Under the pieces are notes generated by a model, which was not told the DNA's origin, ran no database searches, and was given only the letters and a program-made list of their open reading frames with translations. DNA of 64,000 bases, taken from positions 14,980-78,979 of the forward strand of contig JACQSR010000014.1 of assembly GCA_016211215.1 (NCBI GenBank), written 5' to 3'. This stretch comes from Candidatus Woesearchaeota archaeon (GTDB lineage: Archaea > Nanobdellota > Nanobdellia > Woesearchaeales > JACQSR01). The position numbers were made by a program, and so were the translations under genes. Shown piece by piece: positions 1 to 9,463 of this stretch (its first letter is position 1; each line of letters begins with the position of its first letter).

Positions 1-147
1 GCGGGAGAGAATTGTGGCGGGGAATTTCTTGAATCAAGCGACAGCTTCAGCTGCTGCTCCGAGAGTTGTGTTGCAAGAGAGCAAAAATCTTTCTCGACAT
101 TTGACTTCGGGCAGGAAAACCAAGCTTTGGGAAGCGTTGGGAAATAA
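1..147 (+). CDS. 3' end of a Cys-rich hypothetical protein (partial)
   Basis: Frame 1 reads AGENCGGEFLESSDSFSCCSESC...VGK* to TAA at 145-147; frame choice uncertain. Confidence 0.4.
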   Translation, partial: AGENCGGEFLESSDSFSCCSESCVAREQKSFSTFDFGQENQALGSVGK

Positions 148-155
148 GGTGTCAC

Positions 156-356
156 ATGGCATTACGACAGATTCACTACTTGTGCTGTGACCCTGACAGT
201 GGAAATCCCAGATATTACGCGAAGTTCAAGCCCCCAAGGAGACCCATTGGCTGTTGGCTCAACCCCTTATTTTTCCTGGGAAGGGTTCAAGTCTGCGGCA
301 AGGAATTGGGTTGTACGCGGGGATTTGATTGCAAACATAAACCTTCCACAGGATAA
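156..356 (+). CDS. small hypothetical protein
   Basis: ATG preceded by AGGTG SD-like motif; an overlapping alternative ORF exists at 187..387. Confidence 0.3.
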   Translation: MALRQIHYLCCDPDSGNPRYYAKFKPPRRPIGCWLNPLFFLGRVQVCGKELGCTRGFDCKHKPSTG

Positions 357-451
357 GTATGATGAGCTTTCGAGATTGTGCAAATAAAATGGCAGCGCCC
401 AAACAAACCGCCTACTAAATCTTTATTAATACTTACGGGCAACTATCCCGC

Positions 452-2215
452 ATGGCAAGAATAGCAGTAATACACAAGGAAAGGTGCAACCCAATCGGCT
501 GCGGAAATTACCTTTGCATCAGGGTGTGCCCTATAAACCGCAAGGGGGATGAATGCATTTATGTTGACACAGACAAAAAGGCAGGAATTGCGGAAGACCT
601 TTGCATAGGATGCATGATTTGCGTCCACAAATGCCCTTTTGATGCCATATCAATCATCAACCTGCCGCAGGAGCTAAAGCAGCAGCCCATACACCAGTTT
701 GGAAGAAACGGATTTCACCTTTACAATCTGCCAATCCCCATTTTCGGAAAGGTTGTTGGAATTTTGGGAGTAAACGGAATTGGGAAATCAACTGCAGTAA
801 AAATTCTTGCAGGGGCATTAAAGCCAAACTTCGGGAGCTATGAGAACAAAGGCGGTGCAAATTATGACGAGCTTATACACTTCTTCAAGGGCTCAGAAGC
901 GCAGAATTTCTTTGAAAAGATGAAGAAAGGGGAAATTACGGTGAGCTACAAGCCCCAGCAGGTTGAGCTTATACCCAAGGCTTCGAAAGGCAAGGTAAGG
1001 GAACTTCTGAAGAAGGTTGACCAGAAAAACGGATTTGAAAGTGTTGTAAAGGAGCTTGGGCTGGAGCATGTTTTAGACACGGATATAACTAAGATTTCAG
1101 GAGGCGAACTGCAGCGCGTCGCAATTGCCGCAACGGTGCTGAAGAAGGCCAGCGTTTATTTCTTTGACGAGCCTTCCTCGTTTCTCGACATAAAGCAGAG
1201 GATAAAGGTAAGCACGTTCATAAGAAATCTTGCGGACGAAAACACAGCCGTTATGGTGGTTGAGCATGACCTTATAATTCTTGATTACATGACGGACCTA
1301 ATCCACATAATGTACGGAAAAGAGGAGTCTTATGGTATTGTTGGCGGCGTAAAGGCAACAAGAACCGGAATGAATGCCTATCTTGATGGCTACATCAGGG
1401 AAGAGAATGTAAGGTTCAGGGACCACGCAATAAAGTTCCAGGAGAAACCGCCAATAGTCAGGAGGGGCGCCGAAACGCTTACGTCATGGGAAGGCATCAA
1501 AAAAAGGCTGGGCAATTTCAGCTTAAGCGCGGAGAACGGAACCATATTCAATGGCGATGTAATAGGCATAATGGGTGAAAACGGGACCGGAAAGACTACA
1601 TTCGTGAAGATTCTGGCAGGGGTGGAAGAGGCTGACGCAGGAAGGGTTGAAACAAAAATAAGGGTAAGCTACAAGCCGCAGTACATTGAAGCAGACCCTG
1701 AGGAGATTGTATCTTCCGCTTTGGGCGAAGCGGTTGCCAATTACGAAGTCCAGCTTATCAGGCCCCTAAGCATAAAGCCGCTGCTTTTGAGAAAATTAGG
1801 AGAATTAAGCGGGGGCGAACTCCAGAGGGTTGCGATTGCAAAATGCCTGAGCCAGGACGCAGATTTATACCTGCTGGACGAGCCGTCAGCTTATCTGGAC
1901 GCTGAGCAGCGCCTCAATGTTTCAAGCGTCATTGGAAATTTCATGGAGCTTAAGGGGAAGAGCGCGGTGGTTGTTGACCACGACCTTCTGTTCCTGGATT
2001 ACATTTCAAAGAGGCTTATCGTGTTCGGAGGCGTTCCGGGAAAAGAGGGAAACTGCAATGGGCCGTACGGGATGGAGGACGGCATGAGCAATTTCCTAAA
2101 AAGCCTGGGCATAAGCCTCAGGAGGGATGCAGAGAGCAGGCGCCCAAGAATCAACAAGCCGGGAAGCGTGAAAGACAGGCAACAGAAAAACTCCGGGAAG
2201 CTGTATTACGGTTAA
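452..2215 (+). CDS. rli: ABCE1/RLI ribosome recycling ATPase
   Basis: N-terminal Fe-S Cys clusters (CNPIGC, CIGCMICVHKCP) and two ABC domains (GVNGIGKS, GENGTGKT, two SGGELQR signatures). Confidence 0.97.
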   Translation: MARIAVIHKERCNPIGCGNYLCIRVCPINRKGDECIYVDTDKKAGIAEDLCIGCMICVHKCPFDAISIINLPQELKQQPIHQFGRNGFHLYNLPIPIFGKVVGILGVNGIGKSTAVKILAGALKPNFGSYENKGGANYDELIHFFKGSEAQNFFEKMKKGEITVSYKPQQVELIPKASKGKVRELLKKVDQKNGFESVVKELGLEHVLDTDITKISGGELQRVAIAATVLKKASVYFFDEPSSFLDIKQRIKVSTFIRNLADENTAVMVVEHDLIILDYMTDLIHIMYGKEESYGIVGGVKATRTGMNAYLDGYIREENVRFRDHAIKFQEKPPIVRRGAETLTSWEGIKKRLGNFSLSAENGTIFNGDVIGIMGENGTGKTTFVKILAGVEEADAGRVETKIRVSYKPQYIEADPEEIVSSALGEAVANYEVQLIRPLSIKPLLLRKLGELSGGELQRVAIAKCLSQDADLYLLDEPSAYLDAEQRLNVSSVIGNFMELKGKSAVVVDHDLLFLDYISKRLIVFGGVPGKEGNCNGPYGMEDGMSNFLKSLGISLRRDAESRRPRINKPGSVKDRQQKNSGKLYYG

Positions 2216-2514
2216 ACCGGAATAATCTTGATGAATTTTTCTTTGGGCACAATCGCAACCTCCTTTTTGTCTTTGAGATTGTACTTCTCCACAAGCTCCT
2301 TAGGTATTCTCACACCCAGACTAGTACCCCATCGGGAGATTTTTGTGTTAAACCTTTTCATTTTCCTGTATTCCCTGGCGACCTCCTCCAACTGCCCCAT
2401 GTCGACTATTTCTTCATTGCATTTTTCGCATTTATAAAATCTGTATCTAACATCATCTGGTGTTTTTGCTGACATCTCTTTCATTCTTTTCCCGCAGCGA
2501 AAGCACTTTTTCAT
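2212..2514 (-). CDS. Zn-ribbon plus AbrB/MazE-type DNA-binding protein, putative antitoxin
   Basis: CFRC...CEKC, then RWGTSLGVRIPKEL (AbrB motif); overlaps the upstream DUF4258 gene. Confidence 0.75.
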   Translation of the reverse strand: MKKCFRCGKRMKEMSAKTPDDVRYRFYKCEKCNEEIVDMGQLEEVAREYRKMKRFNTKISRWGTSLGVRIPKELVEKYNLKDKKEVAIVPKEKFIKIIPV

Positions 2515-2798
2515 CTTCTTCCTTTCGTCTCAATTGTTAATATTCTCATCGAACATCCCACGAGCTGCCCGATGCACACAACAGTGAACCTCTTGTAATC
2601 CTTGGACAGCCTGAGGTAATTCTTCCCAAACCGCTCCCTCCTTCCCCCTTTCAGGGTTGCCTCAATCATGTCCGGAGTTACTCCCCGCCGTATTGCCCTT
2701 ACAAAGGCGTGCCTCATTATCTGGATTTCGTACCCAGAGGGGTCGTTAATATCCTTTAATATATCTATATATCTTAGAATATATTTAAACCTTTTCAT
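2511..2798 (-). CDS. DUF4258 family putative RelE-like toxin
   Basis: HAFVRAIRRGVTPDMIEATL...ILTIE pattern; true start may be downstream. Confidence 0.65.
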   Translation of the reverse strand: MKRFKYILRYIDILKDINDPSGYEIQIMRHAFVRAIRRGVTPDMIEATLKGGRRERFGKNYLRLSKDYKRFTVVCIGQLVGCSMRILTIETKGRR

Positions 2799-3328
2799 TT
2801 TCTTTTGCGCTTCGGCTCCTTGTCAAAAAACACATAATACACAATCACGCCTCCAAGGGCAAGGACTGCTGCTGCAATGGCAATATTTCTGCCGCCAAAG
2901 GCTATGCTTTCCATGGCAGGCAGTATTGAATCAGTGCCTTCAACAACCCTCAGGTTTACTTTTATGGAAACTCCCGGAGATATCAAAAGAGCTCCCTGAT
3001 TCTCGCTGTAAAAGCTGATTTCTATTCTCTCCTCGCTGTTTTGTATTGCAGCGTCCATCGGTATTCTCAGCAGGAACTGTATTTTTTCCTCTGAATCTTC
3101 TTTAATCTGCCCTTCGGAAGGAATGGTAAAATAATCCGGATGGTTCTTTACTTTAATTCTATAGGCTACATCATGTTTTGAAGGATTGAATATTGTGAAC
3201 TGCGCTTTGGTTTCAGAACCGCGCTCTGCAGTCAAATCCAGCGAAGATGGAGAAACTGCTATGCTCTGGGCTAAAGAAGGGGCCGCAAAAACAAATAAAA
3301 TAAAGAAAAAAAGAAAAATTTTCATCAA
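2795..3328 (-). CDS. secreted Ig-like (PapD/DUF916-like) protein with C-terminal membrane anchor
   Basis: Signal peptide, IAVSPSSLDL...FTIFNPS beta pattern, C-terminal TM helix and basic tail. Confidence 0.6.
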   Translation of the reverse strand: MMKIFLFFFILFVFAAPSLAQSIAVSPSSLDLTAERGSETKAQFTIFNPSKHDVAYRIKVKNHPDYFTIPSEGQIKEDSEEKIQFLLRIPMDAAIQNSEERIEISFYSENQGALLISPGVSIKVNLRVVEGTDSILPAMESIAFGGRNIAIAAAVLALGGVIVYYVFFDKEPKRKRK

Positions 3329-4614
3329 GACTGCACCGCAACCAGGCTTATAGTTCCAACGTAGTCGCCTGCCGGAGTTGACGAAGGGATTGTAACTCCG
3401 AACGAGAGCTCCTTCGTGGAAATGCTGCCGTGCACAAGCCCTATCGAGCTCCTAATGGGGCTTGTCGTCAATGTCTGGGGTGCAGCCAGCGATGGGCTAA
3501 ATGAATATTTTACATTTGCAACCGGTATCGATGCAGAGCCCGAGTTCAAGTCTGTTCCGGAGATTTCAGAATCTATAACCACATTGCCTATGTTTCTAAC
3601 CGTTACCTTGTCAGTGGTGCTGATGTTCTGGTCTCCGGGAATGCTGCATGACTGGCCTGAGCTTGAGGAGCAGATTAAAGACGATGCGTCTATCTCAAGT
3701 CCGATTAGGCTCAGGTATTCAAATGCAGCAGTTCTTGAACTGGAAGATTCAGAAGCCGCGGTAATTGTTATTGTATAGTTCCCTGGGTCTTCAAAAAAAT
3801 CTATTCCCACACTCCCTTCAAACTTTGCCGAGGTCGTGTTTATATCCATCGCCTTGGTAAGATTTACTGTCTCTGCACCAAGAATCGCCCTAACTGATGT
3901 TATGTCCGCAACCTGCCCGCTTGAGACAACCGCTGATAAAGGTATAAGCTTTTTGCCCTTAGGTTGTGGTGTAATCTGGATTCCTGATTTAGTTGCATCA
4001 TCATCAGGTATTATGTCAAAGCTGTCAATTGATGGCGATGCCTGGGTAACTGAAACAAGAAGCTGGATTGTGTTCCCCTCAATATATGAGGCGCTCTGAA
4101 GGTTGGGTGCTGCCGGGATGAAGTCCTGGGAGTTGTCTTGGGTATCCTGGGTGCGCTGCAGAGACTGCCCAGAAGAAGCACCAGGATGGGGTGAGCCCTC
4201 AAAAAGTCCAGCATCTATTCCGGCAGCAGACCCCCAACCGACTGCGTCTATGGCGGTACCATTTTCTATCAGCGCAATTCCGGAATCTGTGTTTGCCAGC
4301 GTGATTGCCTCCTCGTAGTCAGCATCAGGCCATGAGGGATTGTCTTTGCTTGAGGAAAAGCCCGCATCTGCAATAAGGAAATAGGATTCCGGCTGGATTA
4401 TTTTTCCTGACGGAATGGTTGCATCTGCCACTGAAGCCTCCGTTCGGATGATCCAGCCGGAGATGTCAACGGGCGCAGAACCGGGATTGTACAGCTCAAC
4501 TGCCTCCCCGCCGGATTCAGTGTTAACAGGGTCATAATAAACCTCGGATATCTGAACATTTGCCGCAACCGCAAGGCTTTGCATGACTAGCATTAAAGCC
4601 AATATTTTTTTCAT
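3325..4614 (-). CDS. secreted lamin-tail-domain surface protein with C-terminal pilin/WxL-like domain
   Basis: Signal peptide MKKILAL; ISEVYYDP...EAVELYNPG...DISGW (LTD); ends TIPSSTPAGDYVGTISLVAV; start set at ATG 4614 after GGAAGGTG. Confidence 0.7.
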   Translation of the reverse strand: MKKILALMLVMQSLAVAANVQISEVYYDPVNTESGGEAVELYNPGSAPVDISGWIIRTEASVADATIPSGKIIQPESYFLIADAGFSSSKDNPSWPDADYEEAITLANTDSGIALIENGTAIDAVGWGSAAGIDAGLFEGSPHPGASSGQSLQRTQDTQDNSQDFIPAAPNLQSASYIEGNTIQLLVSVTQASPSIDSFDIIPDDDATKSGIQITPQPKGKKLIPLSAVVSSGQVADITSVRAILGAETVNLTKAMDINTTSAKFEGSVGIDFFEDPGNYTITITAASESSSSRTAAFEYLSLIGLEIDASSLICSSSSGQSCSIPGDQNISTTDKVTVRNIGNVVIDSEISGTDLNSGSASIPVANVKYSFSPSLAAPQTLTTSPIRSSIGLVHGSISTKELSFGVTIPSSTPAGDYVGTISLVAVQS

Positions 4615-4683
4615 ATAAACACCTTCCGCCAAGAAAGAAAATGGATGAAGGGAGCATTAACACCTTAATAAACGTTGCGGTGA

Positions 4684-4702
4684 TTTTTCCGGAAGAAAAA
4701 CG
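4684..4702. repeat. 19-bp direct repeat, copy 1 (TTTTTCCGGAAGAAAAACG)
   Basis: Identical copy at 5284..5302; the pair brackets the DUF4258/DUF2283 genes. Confidence 0.9.
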
Positions 4703-4713
4703 GGATTTGAACT

Positions 4714-4923
4714 CTACACTGCCTCAAGAAGAACTTCCCGCTTGAGGACCTTGCTCGCACAAAGTATCTCGACACCCAACAGCTTGTTGTTTTTATCAAA
4801 GTCCAGGATTATGCTGTTGTTTAGCCGGACTGTCTTTTTCGATTCCCCCTTTTTTATAGGATACTCCAGATAAATGTATGCGGCATCAGTTTCCTTATCA
4901 TACTCTAATTTCATGGCGATCAT
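4714..4923 (-). CDS. DUF2283 family protein, putative antitoxin
   Basis: YDKETDAAYIYL...IILDFDKNNKLLGVEIL signature. Confidence 0.9.
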   Translation of the reverse strand: MIAMKLEYDKETDAAYIYLEYPIKKGESKKTVRLNNSIILDFDKNNKLLGVEILCASKVLKREVLLEAV

Positions 4924-5239
4924 ATTACTGTAATCACCTTTATATAATTTTCCGTCTCGGCAAACACAATTGTAATGTGCCTGTTGTCAAAAACTGCGGA
5001 CTAAAGTCCACAGCGTGCAGTTTTTGAGCATGCTCAGAAATCGCCTTCTTACTCCGAACTGAAGTAGGGAGATTGCGAATGGCGATTTCTGACATTTCAA
5101 CAACACCCTCCGCCTCTTTTCTGCCTTCAAAAGATTTCTTCACGCAGGCAGGTTGCATAAGAACCTGTTCGACATGAAGGTATGTTACCCCTCTCTGGCC
5201 CATCCGTTTTAGCGCGTGGCTTGAATAAATTATGTTCAT
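4920..5239 (-). pseudogene. DUF4258 toxin gene interrupted by a 110-bp structured insertion
   Basis: N-terminus YSSHALKRMGQRGV; deleting 4985..5094 restores ...GVVENRHITIVFAETENYIKVITVI* overlapping the DUF2283 start. Confidence 0.8.
4985..5094. mobile_element. structured repeat family A, copy 1 (TGTCA...TGAGCATGCTCA...TGACA)
   Basis: Two hairpin arms around a 12-bp palindrome; second copy at 12770..12923. Confidence 0.8.
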
Positions 5240-5283
5240 AGGGGGCCAAAGGAAAAAGAAGTTATTAATAAAACCATACCCCT

Positions 5284-5302
5284 TTTTTCCGGAAGAAAAA
5301 CG
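5284..5302. repeat. 19-bp direct repeat, copy 2
   Basis: Identical to 4684..4702. Confidence 0.9.
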
Positions 5303-5326
5303 TAGTTCAAAAAGTCTTTGGCAGGG

Positions 5327-6892
5327 TTATCCCACAAACACCGGCACATACCCAAGCGTAAATGTTATTTTGCCATTCTCTGAACCAACAGTCTGGGATG
5401 CCCCATGAGTCTGGCCCCTTTCAGTTGGAATTTCCGTAACTGCCGCGGTTTTCCTTTTCCAGGGCAATGACACGGCAGCTGAAGGCAGATTTGCATCCAA
5501 TCCATAAAACTTCCCGTCGTCGTACCACGCAACAATTATTTCACTGCCGCTTATGTTGAATTCGTATGCATATACATTTTCAGGCGTTGAAAGCCTCCTG
5601 GCATCATTGAATCCCTGAAGCCGGGATGCCATCTTTGCGGCATAAAATCCCGGGCGCCTTTCTTTCGGAGTTCTCTTAGCAGTAAGCTGGTCGCCGCCGC
5701 TGTAGGAGGTGTCAATCAATCCGAAATTAGACGATGTTCCCGCACCGAAGGGAATGGGCCAGTCTTCCAGATTGCCGATGTTGATGCCCAAATAGCCCTC
5801 TGCCGCTGCTGTGGCATATTTTCTTGTGAGCCCTATTGCAACCTGCTTTTCCAGCCACCTTAATGATTCATCGTGGCTGGGGTCGCTTTTCTTTCTGATT
5901 GCATCTATTATCCTTGAGGCCTCGCATCTTGTTTCTGAAGTTACAGGGTAGAATTCCTTTGCCGCAAATATCCCCGGCTTGCATGACTCAAGGCCGTAAG
6001 CAAGCAAAGGCGACATTGGAAACGCGTCTCCGGCGTAGATTTCCCTTGAAGTGCCGCGCCTGGACATTTCATTCCTGAGCCAGCGCGCTGTTGCGGGAAG
6101 CTCTGAATAATCTGAAAGGCTGTGGATATCAATAATGTCAAAGTAATTGTATGCATCAAGCAGGACTGGAACGTCCGTTATGTCCTTCCTTTTTCCGCCA
6201 GGGGGGTTTGCGAGTCTTCTTTGGATTTCCCCATCGTCCGGATTTCCCTGGAAGATATCCCACATAAGCAATGCGTTCAGCATGACCTTTGCATTAGGAT
6301 TTGCCTCCTTGATTTTTGGGTAGGCAAGCTTCAGGACTTCAACGTAATCCGAGCCTGTTCCCGGAAAGAATGCGGTGAATTCGCGCTCAACGCCCCATTG
6401 GCTTATTGGGTAAATCAGGCCGGGCATATCATTTATTCCGTCGCTGTCATAGCGCTCAACTGCCGCACGCACAAAATTTTGATAATCATCCTCAAATTCG
6501 GGCTTTGGCCTTGTATCTTTTTTGCCCCGTGATGCCCAGTCTGACTGAGCTGTAATAAGAAGCTGGATGCCGGGAAATCCTGCCGACTGGTATTCTTTTA
6601 TGGTTGAATCAACGATTGACCAGTCATACGCGGAATTCTGAGAAGGCTGAATCCTGTCCCAATGCACCAATATTGGGCTTGGCTTCATTGTTTGCAGGCC
6701 GGTCTCTGCGTATGTTGATGCGAGGTATGGAACGCCGTATTCGAGCCCGAAGGAGAATTTTCCTGATATTGGAGATGGCTGAACCGGAACAGGTGTTGGA
6801 GGAGGCGGGGTAACCGGCACAGGCTGTTTTTTTGCGCATTGGATTAGCAGGAAGGCAATTACGACCAGAATGAAGATGTGCCTGAATTTCAT
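5327..6892 (-). CDS. putative lipoprotein, glycoside hydrolase-like TIM barrel (clan GH-A-like)
   Basis: Signal ending LIQC, Pro-rich linker, YDWS..D, VERYDSDGINDMPGL, FDIIDIHS. Confidence 0.65.
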   Translation of the reverse strand: MKFRHIFILVVIAFLLIQCAKKQPVPVTPPPPTPVPVQPSPISGKFSFGLEYGVPYLASTYAETGLQTMKPSPILVHWDRIQPSQNSAYDWSIVDSTIKEYQSAGFPGIQLLITAQSDWASRGKKDTRPKPEFEDDYQNFVRAAVERYDSDGINDMPGLIYPISQWGVEREFTAFFPGTGSDYVEVLKLAYPKIKEANPNAKVMLNALLMWDIFQGNPDDGEIQRRLANPPGGKRKDITDVPVLLDAYNYFDIIDIHSLSDYSELPATARWLRNEMSRRGTSREIYAGDAFPMSPLLAYGLESCKPGIFAAKEFYPVTSETRCEASRIIDAIRKKSDPSHDESLRWLEKQVAIGLTRKYATAAAEGYLGINIGNLEDWPIPFGAGTSSNFGLIDTSYSGGDQLTAKRTPKERRPGFYAAKMASRLQGFNDARRLSTPENVYAYEFNISGSEIIVAWYDDGKFYGLDANLPSAAVSLPWKRKTAAVTEIPTERGQTHGASQTVGSENGKITFTLGYVPVFVG

Positions 6893-6925
6893 AGAGGCAT
6901 GAATTAAGGAATTGTATTTAAAGTT

Positions 6926-7489
6926 TTATACCCTGCCCTTGCTTTCCCCCAATTTGACGCCGGATGCTATGATGTGGGAAACCCTTATTGGCTCCGGAAT
7001 GAGGGAATGGGTGCAGCATATCTTCAGGAGTTCTTTTGCCCTTGAGAATGTGATGCCAACATGCTGTATGTAGATTCTGCCAGCTTTTTTTACCTCGCCG
7101 GCCTCCTCTATGAATCTAATCTTGTCTTCCATGCCTATTTTCCTAAGCGTCTTGATTATGTTATCCTTATCCGGCATCCTCCTTACCACGACAATCACCG
7201 GAAGACTGGTTTTTTTGTGAAGCTCGTTGATGTCTATGACATTGAATCCGCCAAAGCCTATTCCGTCGAGGAATATGCACTGCAGCTGGGGCTTCCACTT
7301 TGACCTTTCAACCATGGCGCTGATTTTCTCCGTGGAATTATTGCCGTCAACGCGCACCTTTGTCGACACAATGCCGTCAAGTGATGAGCCGCCCCTGAAT
7401 ATAGTCCCTATTACCAATGTATCGCCTTTCACGCGCTTGTCAAACGGCGAGTCATCAATTCCTATGACACGAACTTCCTTCTTGTACAT
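6926..7489 (-). other. DUF99/UPF0215 endonuclease V-like protein
   Basis: RVIGIDDSPF...DGIGFGGFNVID...IPEPIRVSHIIA. Confidence 0.9.
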
Positions 7490-7565
7490 AAGCTGCAGGG
7501 TATTTGAAGAAGTTTTTAAGGTTTAGTATGGAATGATTTAAATATTCCAATCAGTCTCCGTTCTC

Positions 7566-8153
7566 ATGGCTGGAAAAATAGACTACCTTGCCGGAATAGA
7601 ATCAAGTCCTCCGGTTGGATACCAAAAAAAGCTTGTTTATGAGTATCAAAGCTGCCCTCTTTCTGAGACCTTTTCTCATGAGCAGATAGAAAGGAGAATA
7701 GCTTTCTATGAAGAATTAAACAAAAAGAGGGAAGGAATTCCAAAGGAAAAACGATTAGTTGAAAGAGTATTTGCCCTATATGGGTGGGAAGACACAACAA
7801 CAGTCAGGGTATATATGAGGGAAACTGTCTCGAGGATGGCATCACAACTATTCTCATCAGAATTCTCCATTTCCGTTGACAATGTTAACAGAAAGGGGCC
7901 AGACGGGCAAACTGATAAAGACATTGGACATGTGGTTGTCAGTGTCAGGGCAACAAATCCCGAGATTGAAGCGCTTTTGGACTACATCAAACCCGGTTCT
8001 TCATATTATGTGTACGATGGAGAAAAATCAAAATATGTTAAAGGGAACACCTCAGCATCCGAATTTATTGTGACAAAAACAGATGATTCCCAGCAACCCA
8101 GAAAGTTCTGGAGAAGGAATCAGTCTTTTATATCGAGAATAGAGGAGTTGTAA
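7566..8153 (+). CDS. hypothetical protein
   Basis: 195-aa ORF with TATA-like TTTAAATA upstream; no recognised motif. Confidence 0.55.
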   Translation: MAGKIDYLAGIESSPPVGYQKKLVYEYQSCPLSETFSHEQIERRIAFYEELNKKREGIPKEKRLVERVFALYGWEDTTTVRVYMRETVSRMASQLFSSEFSISVDNVNRKGPDGQTDKDIGHVVVSVRATNPEIEALLDYIKPGSSYYVYDGEKSKYVKGNTSASEFIVTKTDDSQQPRKFWRRNQSFISRIEEL

Positions 8154-8186
8154 GGATGGAATTTGAGAAACCTCGTTATTATATGG

Positions 8187-8216
8187 CCTCCCCCAACCCT
8201 AAAGGGCGGGGATTTA
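8187..8216. mobile_element. IS200/IS605-type terminal hairpin remnant
   Basis: Reverse complement AAATCCCCGCCCTTTAGGGTTGGGGGAGG resembles tnpB-element end palindromes; no transposase nearby. Confidence 0.5.
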
Positions 8217-8242
8217 AACTCTTATGACATTAAAATAGGAGC

Positions 8243-9355
8243 TTACTTTTGGGAAGTTAACCTCGCAATCTTATCCACTAAATTAGATGCCGTTCCATAC
8301 ATCAAATCTGGATTTACTTTTGGTGTAACAACCATTCTTATCCCATTAATTTCGTAATCTCTTCCTTTAATATGAACTTTTCCAACACTAAAACCTTCGT
8401 TCAATATTTGTGTATGAACGTGTTCAACTTCTTCCTGAGAACCTAAGGCAACTGGAACTATTGACATCTCCGGAAAATGAATAAGAGAAACCCCCTTTCT
8501 TCGCAAATCATCTCCAGCCCGTTTTGAAATCTCAACACATTGATCTGCTATTTCCCGCAGTCCATAAACGTCTCCGCAATCTTTAACTGTTTGACCCCAC
8601 GCCGCAACCGGGCCTGCTGACAAGGTTGTGTGTAAGGTGTGTGGCGAAGGAACATAATAATCAACATTGGGTGTTGGTGCCTCCTCTCTGCCAACCAATA
8701 GCAAGGCAACACCGGGTTTGCCTACAAATTTGTATGGGTCAATAGTTATTGAATCGGCATCAGGAATTTCCACCATAACGTGTCTTGATAGTTTTCCAAT
8801 ATAACCACCATACGCAGCATCAACATGAAGCCATGCTCCTTCGCTTCTCAATTGTTTTACCAGTTCACTTTCGGCCAATCTTTCAACATGGCCTAATTGG
8901 GTAGTTCCGTATGTTGAAACAACTGCTGCAATATCCCTTCCATGTTCAGCAATTGCTCTCGATAATTGCCCATCACTAACTTGATAATCATTTGTATCAA
9001 CATCCAAGACAATCGGCTCTAATCTTAGTGAATCTGCCGCTCTTGCAATTGAGATGTGAGATAAATTACTGCATAGAATTTTATTTCTTCCAGTTGCATC
9101 CCTTGCCAATTCTAAAGCACGATAGTTTGCCAGACTCGCAGATGGCTCAAGAAGACCTTTCATATTTGGGGTTCCCAGCAATTCCTTATGAAAATCAATG
9201 AAATAACCAGCAAGTCTTTGTGCCCCATCATTTGAGCCATCAGCTAAATTAATATTATCCCAACTAGCTCCCGCTTTCCTTCCATTATACGTACAAGAAC
9301 CTACTATCTGAGAAAAATCAAGAGGTTCTCTTCTAGCCCTAAACAATCCTAACAT
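8243..9355 (-). CDS. group II PLP-dependent decarboxylase (MfnA/tyrosine decarboxylase-like)
   Basis: WLHVDAAYGG and ADSITIDPYK motifs, GTTQLG; AT-richer than flanks. Confidence 0.8.
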   Translation of the reverse strand: MLGLFRARREPLDFSQIVGSCTYNGRKAGASWDNINLADGSNDGAQRLAGYFIDFHKELLGTPNMKGLLEPSASLANYRALELARDATGRNKILCSNLSHISIARAADSLRLEPIVLDVDTNDYQVSDGQLSRAIAEHGRDIAAVVSTYGTTQLGHVERLAESELVKQLRSEGAWLHVDAAYGGYIGKLSRHVMVEIPDADSITIDPYKFVGKPGVALLLVGREEAPTPNVDYYVPSPHTLHTTLSAGPVAAWGQTVKDCGDVYGLREIADQCVEISKRAGDDLRRKGVSLIHFPEMSIVPVALGSQEEVEHVHTQILNEGFSVGKVHIKGRDYEINGIRMVVTPKVNPDLMYGTASNLVDKIARLTSQK

Positions 9356-9463
9356 ATTGAGTGAAGTATTACTAACTACTTATAAATATTTTGTTTATTA
9401 ACCACTATAAAGATACAACAAAATAAGATTGAAGCCACTGAAAATGATGGATACGACACACAC

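Noticed and set aside
4940-5239. 99-aa ORF as an intact protein
   Set aside because: Its C-terminal half is read-through into the family A insertion and an out-of-frame remainder.
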